62,311 bases of DNA, filler included, from 6 parts of 6 records of this genome joined end to end with filler, not necessarily neighbours in it; one strand, 5' to 3'; counted from the whole stretch's first letter, positions 52,001-60,934 are shown. A program made the numbers and translations. Notes: a model not told the origin generated them from the sequence alone.

Positions 52001-53962
52001 TTACGCCGCATTCCTAAATCGCTCTTGCAGCAAAATCCCAACCCTATTTCGGATGATCAACCCGGCCTCACTGAGTAGCTTTTCTACCTTGGTAAGAGCG
52101 CTTTCATCCGTCGCGACGACCAGTACCTTTTTGAATCCTGAGAGAAGGTTCTGTTTGACGTTCCAAACAACGTCGCTTTTCCCTGTTTCGATCTCTATGG
52201 CAACGGTTTCATCGCCTCTGCTGGCAAGCACATCCGCATTGCCAGTAGCAGTTTTTCTGGGAGCTTCCAGAGCGACACGATATCCATCCTCTTCAAATGC
52301 CTTAGCGTAGTATCGTTTCCAGTACTCATGAGTTATTGAACCGCGCCCGAGGTTCTTCCTAAGACCAAGCCTGCCCCTTGCCTCGGGAGTAACTCTGAGC
52401 AGAACCTTGTAGGTTCTGCCAACTTTCACTTCCTCTTCTTCCAATATGCCATTCTCGATCAGAAGGTTTTTCAACCTGTTTCCCTTGTCGGCACTGAAAC
52501 CAATCCTCTTGTAGCGCGTCCGAACTCCATCGTCTTCGTGTTGCAACACATCCTCGAGAAATACAAACGCGTCCCCATCCAGAACTGCGTCATGAACGAG
52601 ATCAGGCGGGCTCCTGCCGTACGCTCTATCGACAGCGCGTTTCAACCCTCTCCTAGTCAGAGAGCCCTTCAGGAACCTACCCAACAGTTCGTCAGTCACA
52701 AGGCCTTTCCGCACTTTGACCAAGGGAACCGAAATCAAGAATGGCCGCCTCCAGCGATCTTGCAGCTTCACAACCGCCTGCCCGACGGGAAGCATGCTGA
52801 AAAACCTCTTTTCTGAGTCCTCAACCAACGACACGCTTGCGGCTTTGTTTATGTCGCTCGGGTCCCGTTGGTTTAAACAGATTGTCGTGTAGCTATTGCC
52901 CAGTGCGGCGCTTGAAATGAGATGTGGATGCTGATCAATAACGATGATGCCAATGCCGATTTCCCGACACTGTCGAAACAGCATATTCATCACGGATTCT
53001 TTAGATCGCTGCTCCTGTCGATACAGGACATGGTGCGCCTCCTCGACGAAGATCACGAGTTTTAGCTTTTCCCTCGCCGGCGAAGCTAGCTGCACGTAGT
53101 ACATCCACAAACACATCATCGGAATCAGGAATTTCTTTGCGCCTTGAGCGAGCGCATCGAGCTCAACGATCGTGTTGCCATCCAGCAGCTTATTGGTGAA
53201 GGCCTGCTGTGCGTCGCTGTTTGAAGAGGAAATCTCGGAAAATTCCAAACTTTCCAACGCCCTTATTGCAGTCGTCTTCCATCCTTTGACCCGTTCCTTC
53301 GCGGGGATATTCCTTACCTCAGCCAGAATGTCAGACACTGTTGGCATACGGTTTTCAATCCGATAGCAGGTCGCGATAGTCTTCTGAAGAACGCTTCGTG
53401 CACCATCCCCAAGCGTATAGGCATCGGCTATCACATCGACGACGTGATTGATGTAAACGCGTGGTTCCAGTCCCGGAGGAACGATGAAGGGGTTGAACGC
53501 AAACGGAGATAGCTTTCGCCCAGGCGTGTAAATATCTACTTGGCGTCTAAGCCTTGGAATCAAGTGTCGTGCAGTTCGCTTCCAATCCCAAAACAGAAAA
53601 GGGATTTTTTTCTCGACAAGTTGCTCAAGAACATGAAAGGCGACGTTGGTTTTGCCGCTTCCCGACATGCCGAAGATCCCGATATTCCGCATAACTTCGG
53701 CCCGGGATATTCCAAACTTCCATTTTTCCGCCTCGTAGATCACCCTCCCCAGATGGATTGATCTCTTCGCCTTCTTTCTTGGAGGCAACGACAGAAGCAC
53801 TTTATTCCTAAAATCTCCCAAAATCCGATGTGCAACGCCAATTATCTGTCTGTCCATCAGTGCCCGAACATCCGGTTCGGCCACGTCTCTTGCTCGATGC
53901 CAGTGCGCTATCCGCTCCGGCATCAGAGGTTCGAGTTTCCGGGCGAGTTTTTCGACATCCAT
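52001..53962 (-). CDS. HerA/FtsK/VirD4-superfamily ATPase fused to winged-helix and PD-(D/E)xK-like domains
   Basis: GMSGSGKT, FWDWK, VIFVEEAH, RQCREIGIGIIVIDQHP and LPVGQAVV motifs; C-terminal THEYW...NADVL...VAIEIETG. Confidence 0.8.
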   Translation of the reverse strand: MDVEKLARKLEPLMPERIAHWHRARDVAEPDVRALMDRQIIGVAHRILGDFRNKVLLSLPPRKKAKRSIHLGRVIYEAEKWKFGISRAEVMRNIGIFGMSGSGKTNVAFHVLEQLVEKKIPFLFWDWKRTARHLIPRLRRQVDIYTPGRKLSPFAFNPFIVPPGLEPRVYINHVVDVIADAYTLGDGARSVLQKTIATCYRIENRMPTVSDILAEVRNIPAKERVKGWKTTAIRALESLEFSEISSSNSDAQQAFTNKLLDGNTIVELDALAQGAKKFLIPMMCLWMYYVQLASPAREKLKLVIFVEEAHHVLYRQEQRSKESVMNMLFRQCREIGIGIIVIDQHPHLISSAALGNSYTTICLNQRDPSDINKAASVSLVEDSEKRFFSMLPVGQAVVKLQDRWRRPFLISVPLVKVRKGLVTDELLGRFLKGSLTRRGLKRAVDRAYGRSPPDLVHDAVLDGDAFVFLEDVLQHEDDGVRTRYKRIGFSADKGNRLKNLLIENGILEEEEVKVGRTYKVLLRVTPEARGRLGLRKNLGRGSITHEYWKRYYAKAFEEDGYRVALEAPRKTATGNADVLASRGDETVAIEIETGKSDVVWNVKQNLLSGFKKVLVVATDESALTKVEKLLSEAGLIIRNRVGILLQERFRNAA

Positions 53963-54068
53963 GTTTGCATGACCATGGACTGCGCGCTTTATAGAATTTG
54001 AACTGAATTATTGCCTACTACGCGTACGAATTGACAAACAGGAAGTTGACTTATTGCCCGAGTTAATT

Positions 54069-54403
54069 GCCGACGACATCAAGGGAGCCGTCATGTTCAT
54101 CGCGTGCCTGCCAGACACCCAATATCTGCTCGCCGACAAAGTCTATGACGCCGACCACTGGCAACAGCATCTGAAAGCCAGGCGCATTAGACCAATGAAT
54201 CCAAACAAGACCAACAGGAACCGGCCACATCCGTTCAGCAAGACCAGATATAAAGGACCACAACGTCATTGAGCGCATATTCGGACATCTCAAGGATTTC
54301 TGCCGCGTTGCAACCCGATACGACAAGACGTCGAAAACCTCATGACCGCCCTATGCTTGTCAGCCCTCATTTGCTATTGGAACTGAACGATCCACCTACC
54401 TAG
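54069..54403 (+). mobile_element. IS5-family remnant (frameshifted 3' part and right end)
   Basis: LLADKVYDAD...RYK / NVIERIFGHLKDFCRVATRYDK / LICYWN* followed by ...CCTAG. Confidence 0.85.
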
Positions 54404-54540
54404 GCGAGTGTACTGTCATATTTTTAGTCGTTAAGATAAACTGACTTAGAGGTATCAGCGTTCTCGGGAGGATTTCTCGATGCCAAGCCATTCGACGGAC
54501 GAAAACGAGACGAGGGATAATTCAGATTCTCACAAAAACG

Positions 54541-54804
54541 AACGTCCACAAAAGTCCGCGGGCCGCGGAAGCCCTCGCAGAGCGTGGCGCCTGGTTCCTG
54601 TTCCTGCCGAAATACTCGCCCGACCTGAACCCGATCGAAATGGCGTTCGCCAAGCTCAAAACACTCTTGCGAAAGGCCGCCGCACGCACCTATGACGAAC
54701 TCTGGCGGGCAATCGGCAACATCTGCGACCTGTTCGACCCCGACGAATGCCGGAACTTCCTCAAAAAGGCTGGATATGTTGCAGATTAATCGCCCGACGC
54801 TCTA
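54541..54804 (+). mobile_element. IS630-family remnant (3' part and right end)
   Basis: NVHKS...FLFLPKYSPDLNPIEMAFAKLK...ECRNFLKKAGY* (stop at 54789), ending GCTCTA. Confidence 0.88.
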
Positions 54805-55233
54805 GGTACTCAACATTTTGTGTTTGGCTAATAGCGAGAGCAATCGATCATTCAGCGCGTCCATTTTCGTCGCGTGAAAAACAACAAATCGCCGCCTTTC
54901 CTGGGCAATATCTCCCAGCCTTCTCTGCATTTTTTCCCGTTCAGGAAACCGATATGGAGAGTACCGGGGCGTTCGATCCTCCATCTGCATCAAATCGGTA
55001 TTCACATCGCACTCGCTTTGAAGAAGGTCGTACACGATTTTCTGTCCCATTTCGTGCGTTCGGGCGATTTGCTCCATCGTGAGCGCAATCTCGTCCTGTA
55101 GGGATGAACTTGGCAAAAAGGGAAACTCTTCCCGATTTTGATGAAGAACAATTTTTGAGGCTTTCTTTCGGAGCTGGTCTGAGAACGATTTTGGTAAATC
55201 TCCTGACCTGTCTTTTAAAGAGTTTTCCAGCAT
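54802..55233 (-). CDS. Hypothetical coiled-coil protein (143 aa)
   Basis: Intact helical ORF, co-oriented with and upstream of the ATPase. Confidence 0.7.
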   Translation of the reverse strand: MLENSLKDRSGDLPKSFSDQLRKKASKIVLHQNREEFPFLPSSSLQDEIALTMEQIARTHEMGQKIVYDLLQSECDVNTDLMQMEDRTPRYSPYRFPEREKMQRRLGDIAQERRRFVVFHATKMDALNDRLLSLLAKHKMLST

Positions 55234-55325
55234 AAGAAGATTGAAAGTTTCCGGTTTAATTTCCTTGAACTGAACAACAGTAGGTGTTGTTACTATCTGT
55301 GTAGTTTTTTAATTTAGCGTTGCAG

Positions 55326-55517
55326 TCATTCTACGAGCGTACCGCACTTGTCGCAGTACACCTGTCCATCGCGGTTTGTGAACCCCTCTGAAACCGACAT
55401 AATTTTCCTTCCCTCTCCGTGAAATACGGGGTTCTCGTTTTCTTCTATAATAACCGTTCCACAATGTTGGCAATTGGAGCATTTAATTTTTATTTCAAAT
55501 TCTTCCCGTCGTGCCAT
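55326..55517 (-). CDS. Small Zn-ribbon protein (63 aa)
   Basis: AAGGAGG RBS; CSNC...CDKCG. Confidence 0.7.
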   Translation of the reverse strand: MARREEFEIKIKCSNCQHCGTVIIEENENPVFHGEGRKIMSVSEGFTNRDGQVYCDKCGTLVE

Positions 55518-55683
55518 TTCATTCCTCCTTCAAGCGTCGATCTGAGATTTTCTTGGCCCAAATACCTGTGTGTTCGACGCGCTGTTTCAGTTCATATTTT
55601 AAAAAGGAAAAACACTTAGGTCCGTTATTAAAAAAGGACAGCGAAGAGTATTCCGCAAGAAGGGTGGGCTGTCTCTCACAAAA

Positions 55684-56265
55684 ATGGAGCTCAACTGTAT
55701 ATATCAGTGGCTAATACAAAGCGAGAATAGGAAGAGGATACTTGAAGATTTTAACCAGCCACTAACCGCGACGCAGATTTCCAACCGTACCGAAATCAAA
55801 CTTGATGCCTGCCTTCATCTTTTGTGGGGCATGCGTCTGTACGGAATTTTCTATGTCCTCAACGAGCGAACACGGTTCAATAGGCTGTATTGGCTGACAA
55901 AGGTAGGTCAATCGTGCCAGAACAACCTTCGTAAAGCGATGGCCTTGGGAAAGCTCACGTACCGTCTTCCGAAGATTTCATGGCATGCATATAGCTCTGT
56001 CTGCTACAGGCACCGCTCCGCTGTTATCAAAGCCTTGCACGAGCCCATGCAGGCCATAGCGATCAAACGGAAAGCACTTTCTCAGAATCCACATCTTCGA
56101 ATGAGTGCGAACAATGTTCGTGATGTTCTGAGATATCTTTTCAATCTGGGAATCGTTCGTAGAGTCCAACCCAAGAAAAAGGCTCACCCTCGATACGGAC
56201 TCACTGATCTAGGGATGACTTATAGAGAACTGCTTATGGGAGCACAGAATTGTCGAACGATTTGA
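55684..56265 (+). CDS. Tandem winged-helix protein
   Basis: Two similar halves: RKRIL..PLTATQI...LYWLTKVG and RSAVI..PMQAIAI...RYGLTDLG. Confidence 0.7.
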   Translation: MELNCIYQWLIQSENRKRILEDFNQPLTATQISNRTEIKLDACLHLLWGMRLYGIFYVLNERTRFNRLYWLTKVGQSCQNNLRKAMALGKLTYRLPKISWHAYSSVCYRHRSAVIKALHEPMQAIAIKRKALSQNPHLRMSANNVRDVLRYLFNLGIVRRVQPKKKAHPRYGLTDLGMTYRELLMGAQNCRTI

Positions 56266-56295
56266 CTATACGCAACGTTGTAATCTGGCCGGAAT

Positions 56296-56874
56296 TTACG
56301 TTCCAGTTATCTGCTTTTGAAGTGCCGGGTATAATTTCTCGACGAGAAATTCCGCAATCATAAGCGCAAGGAAAGCCTGCTGTTCTGAAATCATCTCGCC
56401 ACAATGAATGATCCTATTCCGAAGATCCCTTATGTCCGTCATTTCCTCCCAGACGCTCTTCGACGACACTTTCCGTTTAGCAGCCTTTAGATCCAGTCCG
56501 TTGTCCTCCAATACGGTGAACAGGAGCTTGCTGAATTGCCGGTTGTCAACCGCCATCTCGGCAATTAGTGGGCCTGTCGTTTCGTCATGAACCATACCGA
56601 AGACGATTGGTTTTAGAATGGCATCACGCAAAGCAATTTCGATTGTGGCCTGCGCAAACACGAGACAAGCCGAAGCGCTGACATCTTTTAGCTTTCGGGC
56701 TTCCTCTAGAACGGTTTCAGCAGGGGCAAGCAAATCAGGATGTTGTATGTAATACGACGCCATTCGTTCGGATACGAACTCATCGATAATCTCGTCTCGA
56801 TAATTATCTAGAACCTCTTGAACCATTTGGTCATAGGCTTCTTCCTGCCACGCCTCTTCCTGGGTCATACTCAT
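56296..56874 (-). CDS. Hypothetical protein with a HEPN-like motif
   Basis: AQATIEIALR and IRDLRNRIIHCG motifs; AAGGAGG RBS. Confidence 0.65.
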   Translation of the reverse strand: MSMTQEEAWQEEAYDQMVQEVLDNYRDEIIDEFVSERMASYYIQHPDLLAPAETVLEEARKLKDVSASACLVFAQATIEIALRDAILKPIVFGMVHDETTGPLIAEMAVDNRQFSKLLFTVLEDNGLDLKAAKRKVSSKSVWEEMTDIRDLRNRIIHCGEMISEQQAFLALMIAEFLVEKLYPALQKQITGT

Positions 56875-56937
56875 TGCCGAGAACCTCCTTTTATATCGAC
56901 GGACTACTGCCCTAAAATAATGCTTAAAGAACTTGTC

Positions 56938-57146
56938 CTATAGTAAATCTACAATCCAAAACTCATCACCGACAACGCTGTAAAAAATGGTGATATCGGG
57001 CTTCAAAGAAAGGCTCCACAAATTGTCAATACGAAAGAGCTTTCTATACACCTCAGGAATCTCATCCCCGACAACTTCCCGACCAGCTCCCGGATTTCTT
57101 TCCAACACTCTGCGTGCATCGCACAAAACTCCATAGAGTCGCGTGT
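56938..57146 (-). CDS. RelE/ParE-fold-like small protein (5'-truncated)
   Basis: LERNPGAG...LWSLSL...IFYSV..DEFWIVDLL topology; open into the gap. Confidence 0.4.
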
Positions 57147-57246
57147 NNNNNNNNNNNNNNNNNNNNNNNNNNNNNNNNNNNNNNNNNNNNTTAATTAATT
57201 AANNNNNNNNNNNNNNNNNNNNNNNNNNNNNNNNNNNNNNNNNNNN
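57147..57246. other. Artificial contig spacer
   Basis: 100-nt N run with TTAATTAATTAA. Confidence 0.98.
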
Positions 57247-57587
57247 AAATCTTCTCTTGAGGCATTTTTGAAAAATCTGATTTTAACAGAAGAAATAGGT
57301 CCAACCCATTTAAAAAGATTTTCTCTTTCTTTTGATTTAGTTGTTAAAAATAGGGCATAACCTTTTTTTCTCAATGTTATATTATATGCTCTTTTCCATG
57401 GAAAGACTTTTATCTCTTTTTTATTTCCTATTCTTTTTTGTATCTCTTTTACTAAGTCTATACTAATTCCAGATAAACCATCTTTATTTTCTATTTGATA
57501 TGGAACCCATGGCTCAGTAAGAGGTTGTATTTCACTAGCAAGTAGTGTTGTGTTTATAAATAATAAAAGTGTAAATAAAAGTTTCAT
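57247..57587 (-). CDS. Substrate-binding periplasmic protein (family 3-like), 3'-truncated
   Basis: Signal peptide, TEPWVPY, GISIDLV, PWKRA and RENLFKWVGP motifs. Confidence 0.82.
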
Positions 57588-57653
57588 TATTGACCTCAAA
57601 TATGGATATTTTTAATTATATAAAAAAAGTAATAAAAGTTTTCAAATAATTTA

Positions 57654-57720
57654 TGATAATGGTTATCAATATAATGAAAGATTAAGTTTAGTGCTGTTAA
57701 TATACTGATATTCATTATCA
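57654..57720 (+). promoter_or_regulatory. Two Fur boxes
   Basis: TGATAATGGTTATCA (57654-57668) and TGATATTCATTATCA (57706-57720), each one mismatch from the 7-1-7 consensus. Confidence 0.8.
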
Positions 57721-57736
57721 TTTAAAGGATAGAGAG

Positions 57737-58039
57737 ATGTCAGTTTTAATTATCGGTGGAGACAAGATAGATACTATAAAAGGTATTTTAGATCAGTTAG
57801 GAAACTTTTCAATAACTCATTGGGACACAAGAAAAAAATCAAGTGCTTGTAGAAAAGATATTCCACAAAATACAGATTATGTATTAATGTTAACAGACTT
57901 TGTAAATCATAATGCAATGTACAAATATAGAAAAGAAGCAAAGAAGAAAAATATTCCAGTTATTTGTACAAAAAGAAGTGCTAGCTCAGTGTATTGTGAG
58001 GTTTGTAAGTTTTTAAATATTAAAAAATGTGAGGCTTAG
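57737..58039 (+). CDS. DUF2325 domain protein
   Basis: MSVLIIGGD...HWDTRK...LTDFVNHN...AKKKNIP. Confidence 0.85.
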   Translation: MSVLIIGGDKIDTIKGILDQLGNFSITHWDTRKKSSACRKDIPQNTDYVLMLTDFVNHNAMYKYRKEAKKKNIPVICTKRSASSVYCEVCKFLNIKKCEA

Positions 58040-58240
58040 ATGAGTGAATTAGTAATAAATGAACTTAATGGTTTTAAAAACTATAAGTATGAGTCAACAA
58101 CAAGTAGAGTTGTAAACTTAAAGGATATTTCTGATGCTGATTTAGATGAGTTCTTGGCTATAACTCATATATTAGATAGAAATTATATTAAGTATAAATT
58201 TACAACAAATATAGATATTAGAATCTTAGGTAAAAAGTAA
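58040..58240 (+). CDS. Hypothetical protein (66 aa)
   Basis: Starts immediately after the DUF2325 stop. Confidence 0.65.
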   Translation: MSELVINELNGFKNYKYESTTSRVVNLKDISDADLDEFLAITHILDRNYIKYKFTTNIDIRILGKK

Positions 58241-58258
58241 AAGACAAAAGGAGAAGAG

Positions 58259-58435
58259 ATGTCAAATTTAATTTTAAGAAAAGAGATAAGAAGTGTTATT
58301 AGAAACTCAGGACAAGAGGCAAACTCAAAAATGCTATGTTCAATTGTAAAGCTAATGAATATGAGGTATAAAGATTTAGATAAACAAAGAGTTGTTACAT
58401 TAACAAATGAATTACTTTTTGAGTCAAGAGCATAA
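58259..58435 (+). CDS. Hypothetical protein (58 aa)
   Basis: AAGGAG RBS, MSNLILRKEIRSVIRN...FESRA*, abutting the next ATG; below the track cut-off. Confidence 0.65.
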   Translation: MSNLILRKEIRSVIRNSGQEANSKMLCSIVKLMNMRYKDLDKQRVVTLTNELLFESRA

Positions 58436-59191
58436 ATGAAAAGATTTGGCTTTAATAGTAAGAATGAATTTCTTCCTTCTTTTGATAAATTTCAAAGTAG
58501 TGTAAATCAAAGATTAATGTTTTTAAAACTTTTTAATGAACAAGTACCTTGCTCACTGAAATTTTCAAAAGAGGAAATCTCTTTATGTAATAAAATCTCT
58601 TTATTTGAAACTTTTATTAGTAAAGTATATTTTAATTTACAATGTAATTTTTCTTACTCTTCAAATATTAAGATTGATATTGAAAAAACAGTATTAATAA
58701 ATAAATTTCTAAAAAAAGTTAGATTAAGAACAGAATCTATTCCTACAAAATACTCTATTTTTACCAAAAACATTAATAATTTAAAAAAATCAACTGACTT
58801 AATAATAATTCTTTTAGAGAATGATTTCTCTTTCTTTTTAGATGGAAATAGTTGTTTTAAAAGATTTGTATCTAATAAAATTCTTAACTCTGCCCATAAT
58901 AGAGAAGTAAATGTTAGTGATGATTCAATTGACATTATTTCTCATGAACAGATGTTTCAAACAAAAATATTCACTTTTTGGGAGTTTATAAATAGCAAAA
59001 AACTTGATATTGATAAACATATTAAAAAAGCAATTAAATGTATAAAAGAGAGTGATTTCAAACAAGTTTATTTAGTATATCCCAAAAATGATGATTTTTG
59101 TAAACACGTAAGTGTTAGATGTAATGATATTAGTAGCAGCGAGTACAACATAAAGTTAGTTCCATACTCTATGCGTTCAACTTTAAGATAA
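58436..59191 (+). CDS. Hypothetical protein, possibly a degenerate McrC-like fold
   Basis: FLDGNSCFKRFV and VYLVYPK segments recall McrC, but the catalytic D-x-K is not evident. Confidence 0.5.
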   Translation: MKRFGFNSKNEFLPSFDKFQSSVNQRLMFLKLFNEQVPCSLKFSKEEISLCNKISLFETFISKVYFNLQCNFSYSSNIKIDIEKTVLINKFLKKVRLRTESIPTKYSIFTKNINNLKKSTDLIIILLENDFSFFLDGNSCFKRFVSNKILNSAHNREVNVSDDSIDIISHEQMFQTKIFTFWEFINSKKLDIDKHIKKAIKCIKESDFKQVYLVYPKNDDFCKHVSVRCNDISSSEYNIKLVPYSMRSTLR

Positions 59192-59211
59192 TTTTATAAA
59201 AAAGGAAAAAT

Positions 59212-59703
59212 ATGAAAGCAATATTCTATGCAACAAGTACAGGAAATACAGAAGAGGTTGCAAATAAAATACATGAAAAACTAGATGGATTTGAATTAAT
59301 AGATATTTCAAGTGATGGTGTAGAAAAGATGAAGGATTGTGAATCAATTGTTTTAGGTGTATCAACTTGGGGTGAGGGTGAGCTACAAGATGATTGGGAA
59401 GATTGTTTTGATGATATTCAAGAAATTGATTTCAAAGATAAGAAAGTAGCACTTTTTGGTTTAGGTGATCAAGAGAGTTATGGGCATGAGTTTGTAGATG
59501 CTTTAGGAATTATGTATGAAACTTTAATTGAACAAAATGCAAAGATTATAGGAAAAACATCAACTGATGGTTATGAGTATGATTATTCAAAAGCTGAGGT
59601 AGATGGAGAGTTTGTTGGATTAGTAATTGATGAAGATAATCAAGAAGATTTAACAGATGAAAGAGTTGAAAACTGGTGTAATGAAATAAAAAGTTTAATA
59701 TAG
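59212..59703 (+). CDS. fldA: Long-chain flavodoxin
   Basis: TSTGNTE, STWGEGELQDDW, FGLGDQ..Y and DEDNQ motifs. Confidence 0.93.
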   Translation: MKAIFYATSTGNTEEVANKIHEKLDGFELIDISSDGVEKMKDCESIVLGVSTWGEGELQDDWEDCFDDIQEIDFKDKKVALFGLGDQESYGHEFVDALGIMYETLIEQNAKIIGKTSTDGYEYDYSKAEVDGEFVGLVIDEDNQEDLTDERVENWCNEIKSLI

Positions 59704-59802
59704 TATTGATAATTGTTCTTATAATCAAGAAAGATTAAAGTTTATTTTGTTACTATTCTAATTCAATTCAAGCTGGTTGAATTACACACAAGGAGAAATT
59801 TA

Positions 59803-60918
59803 ATGAAAAAAATAAGTTTAATTGCAGCATCGTTACTATTAACAAGTAATTTAGTTGCAAATAGTTTTGATGAGGCTTTTAAAGCTGGAACTGTAAGTGG
59901 TGATATCACATTATATGGTGAAAAACAAGATAATAGTGGTGGAAACAAAGATTCTGGTTTTTCAATGGGTTCTATTGGACTTTCTTATGAGACTGGTGAG
60001 TTAAATGGTTTTAAAGCAGCAGTTGGATTTAGAGGAAATCATGATTTTTCAGAAGTAGAAGAAGATGATTATTCTGATGGAAGTGAAAAAGAAGCAATTG
60101 TTCATACTGCTAATATCTCATATGCAAATGAGTATTTAGGATTAACTCTTGGTAGACAAGAGATTGATTTAGAGTGGTTAGGTGATTACCATGAAGCAGC
60201 AGTTCTTGGAGTTACAGCAATTCCTGATACAACAGTTGTTTTAGGATATACAAATAGAAATGCAGTTGCAGATGCAGATGCTCCTTTAGAAGACTTTGCT
60301 GACTTTGGTGAAACATCAGAAGGTAAAGAGATTGACTTTGCTGCTGTATTAGATGCAAAATATGAAGGTGTAAAAGGTTTAGTTGTAAACCCTTACTATT
60401 ATGATGCAGATAATTTAGCTAACTGGTATGGTTTAAAAGTTGATTATGATACTGATATGTTTGGTGTAACTGTACATGGTGCAAGTTCAAATGAAGATGT
60501 TTCTGGAACTAAAGATGGAGATATCGCTCACATTGAAGGTAGATTAAATATTGCAGGATTTGGATTTAACCTTGGATATGTAACTACAGACAATAATGGT
60601 GGAGTTGGTTCTATGGCTGCACTAGGTGATAACATTAATCCATTTGATGCCTTAAGAGGTGGAGATGGTGAAAAAGTTTATGAAGCAGATGCACAAACAA
60701 CTTATTTAAATGTAAACTATGAGATTTCTGGTGTTGAACTAGGAGCTATGTATGGTGAGATGGAATATGGTAGTGACAAAGATAAAGAGTTTGATTTTAC
60801 TGTAGATTATGGTATTACTGATAACTTATCTATTGGTGCATTATACGTAAATCTTGATGCTGAAGATAGTGACAATGATTACGATAAATTAACTTTAACA
60901 GTTGAGTATTCATTCTAA
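59803..60918 (+). CDS. Campylobacterota Opr-family outer-membrane porin
   Basis: Signal peptide, GRQEIDLEW motif, amphipathic beta strands and C-terminal YSF. Confidence 0.85.
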   Translation: MKKISLIAASLLLTSNLVANSFDEAFKAGTVSGDITLYGEKQDNSGGNKDSGFSMGSIGLSYETGELNGFKAAVGFRGNHDFSEVEEDDYSDGSEKEAIVHTANISYANEYLGLTLGRQEIDLEWLGDYHEAAVLGVTAIPDTTVVLGYTNRNAVADADAPLEDFADFGETSEGKEIDFAAVLDAKYEGVKGLVVNPYYYDADNLANWYGLKVDYDTDMFGVTVHGASSNEDVSGTKDGDIAHIEGRLNIAGFGFNLGYVTTDNNGGVGSMAALGDNINPFDALRGGDGEKVYEADAQTTYLNVNYEISGVELGAMYGEMEYGSDKDKEFDFTVDYGITDNLSIGALYVNLDAEDSDNDYDKLTLTVEYSF

Positions 60919-60934
60919 TCTAAATGATTAATAA

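Noticed and set aside
50647-57146. Piece E as cargo of the Tn7-like element
   Set aside because: Separated by an artificial spacer and of very different base composition.
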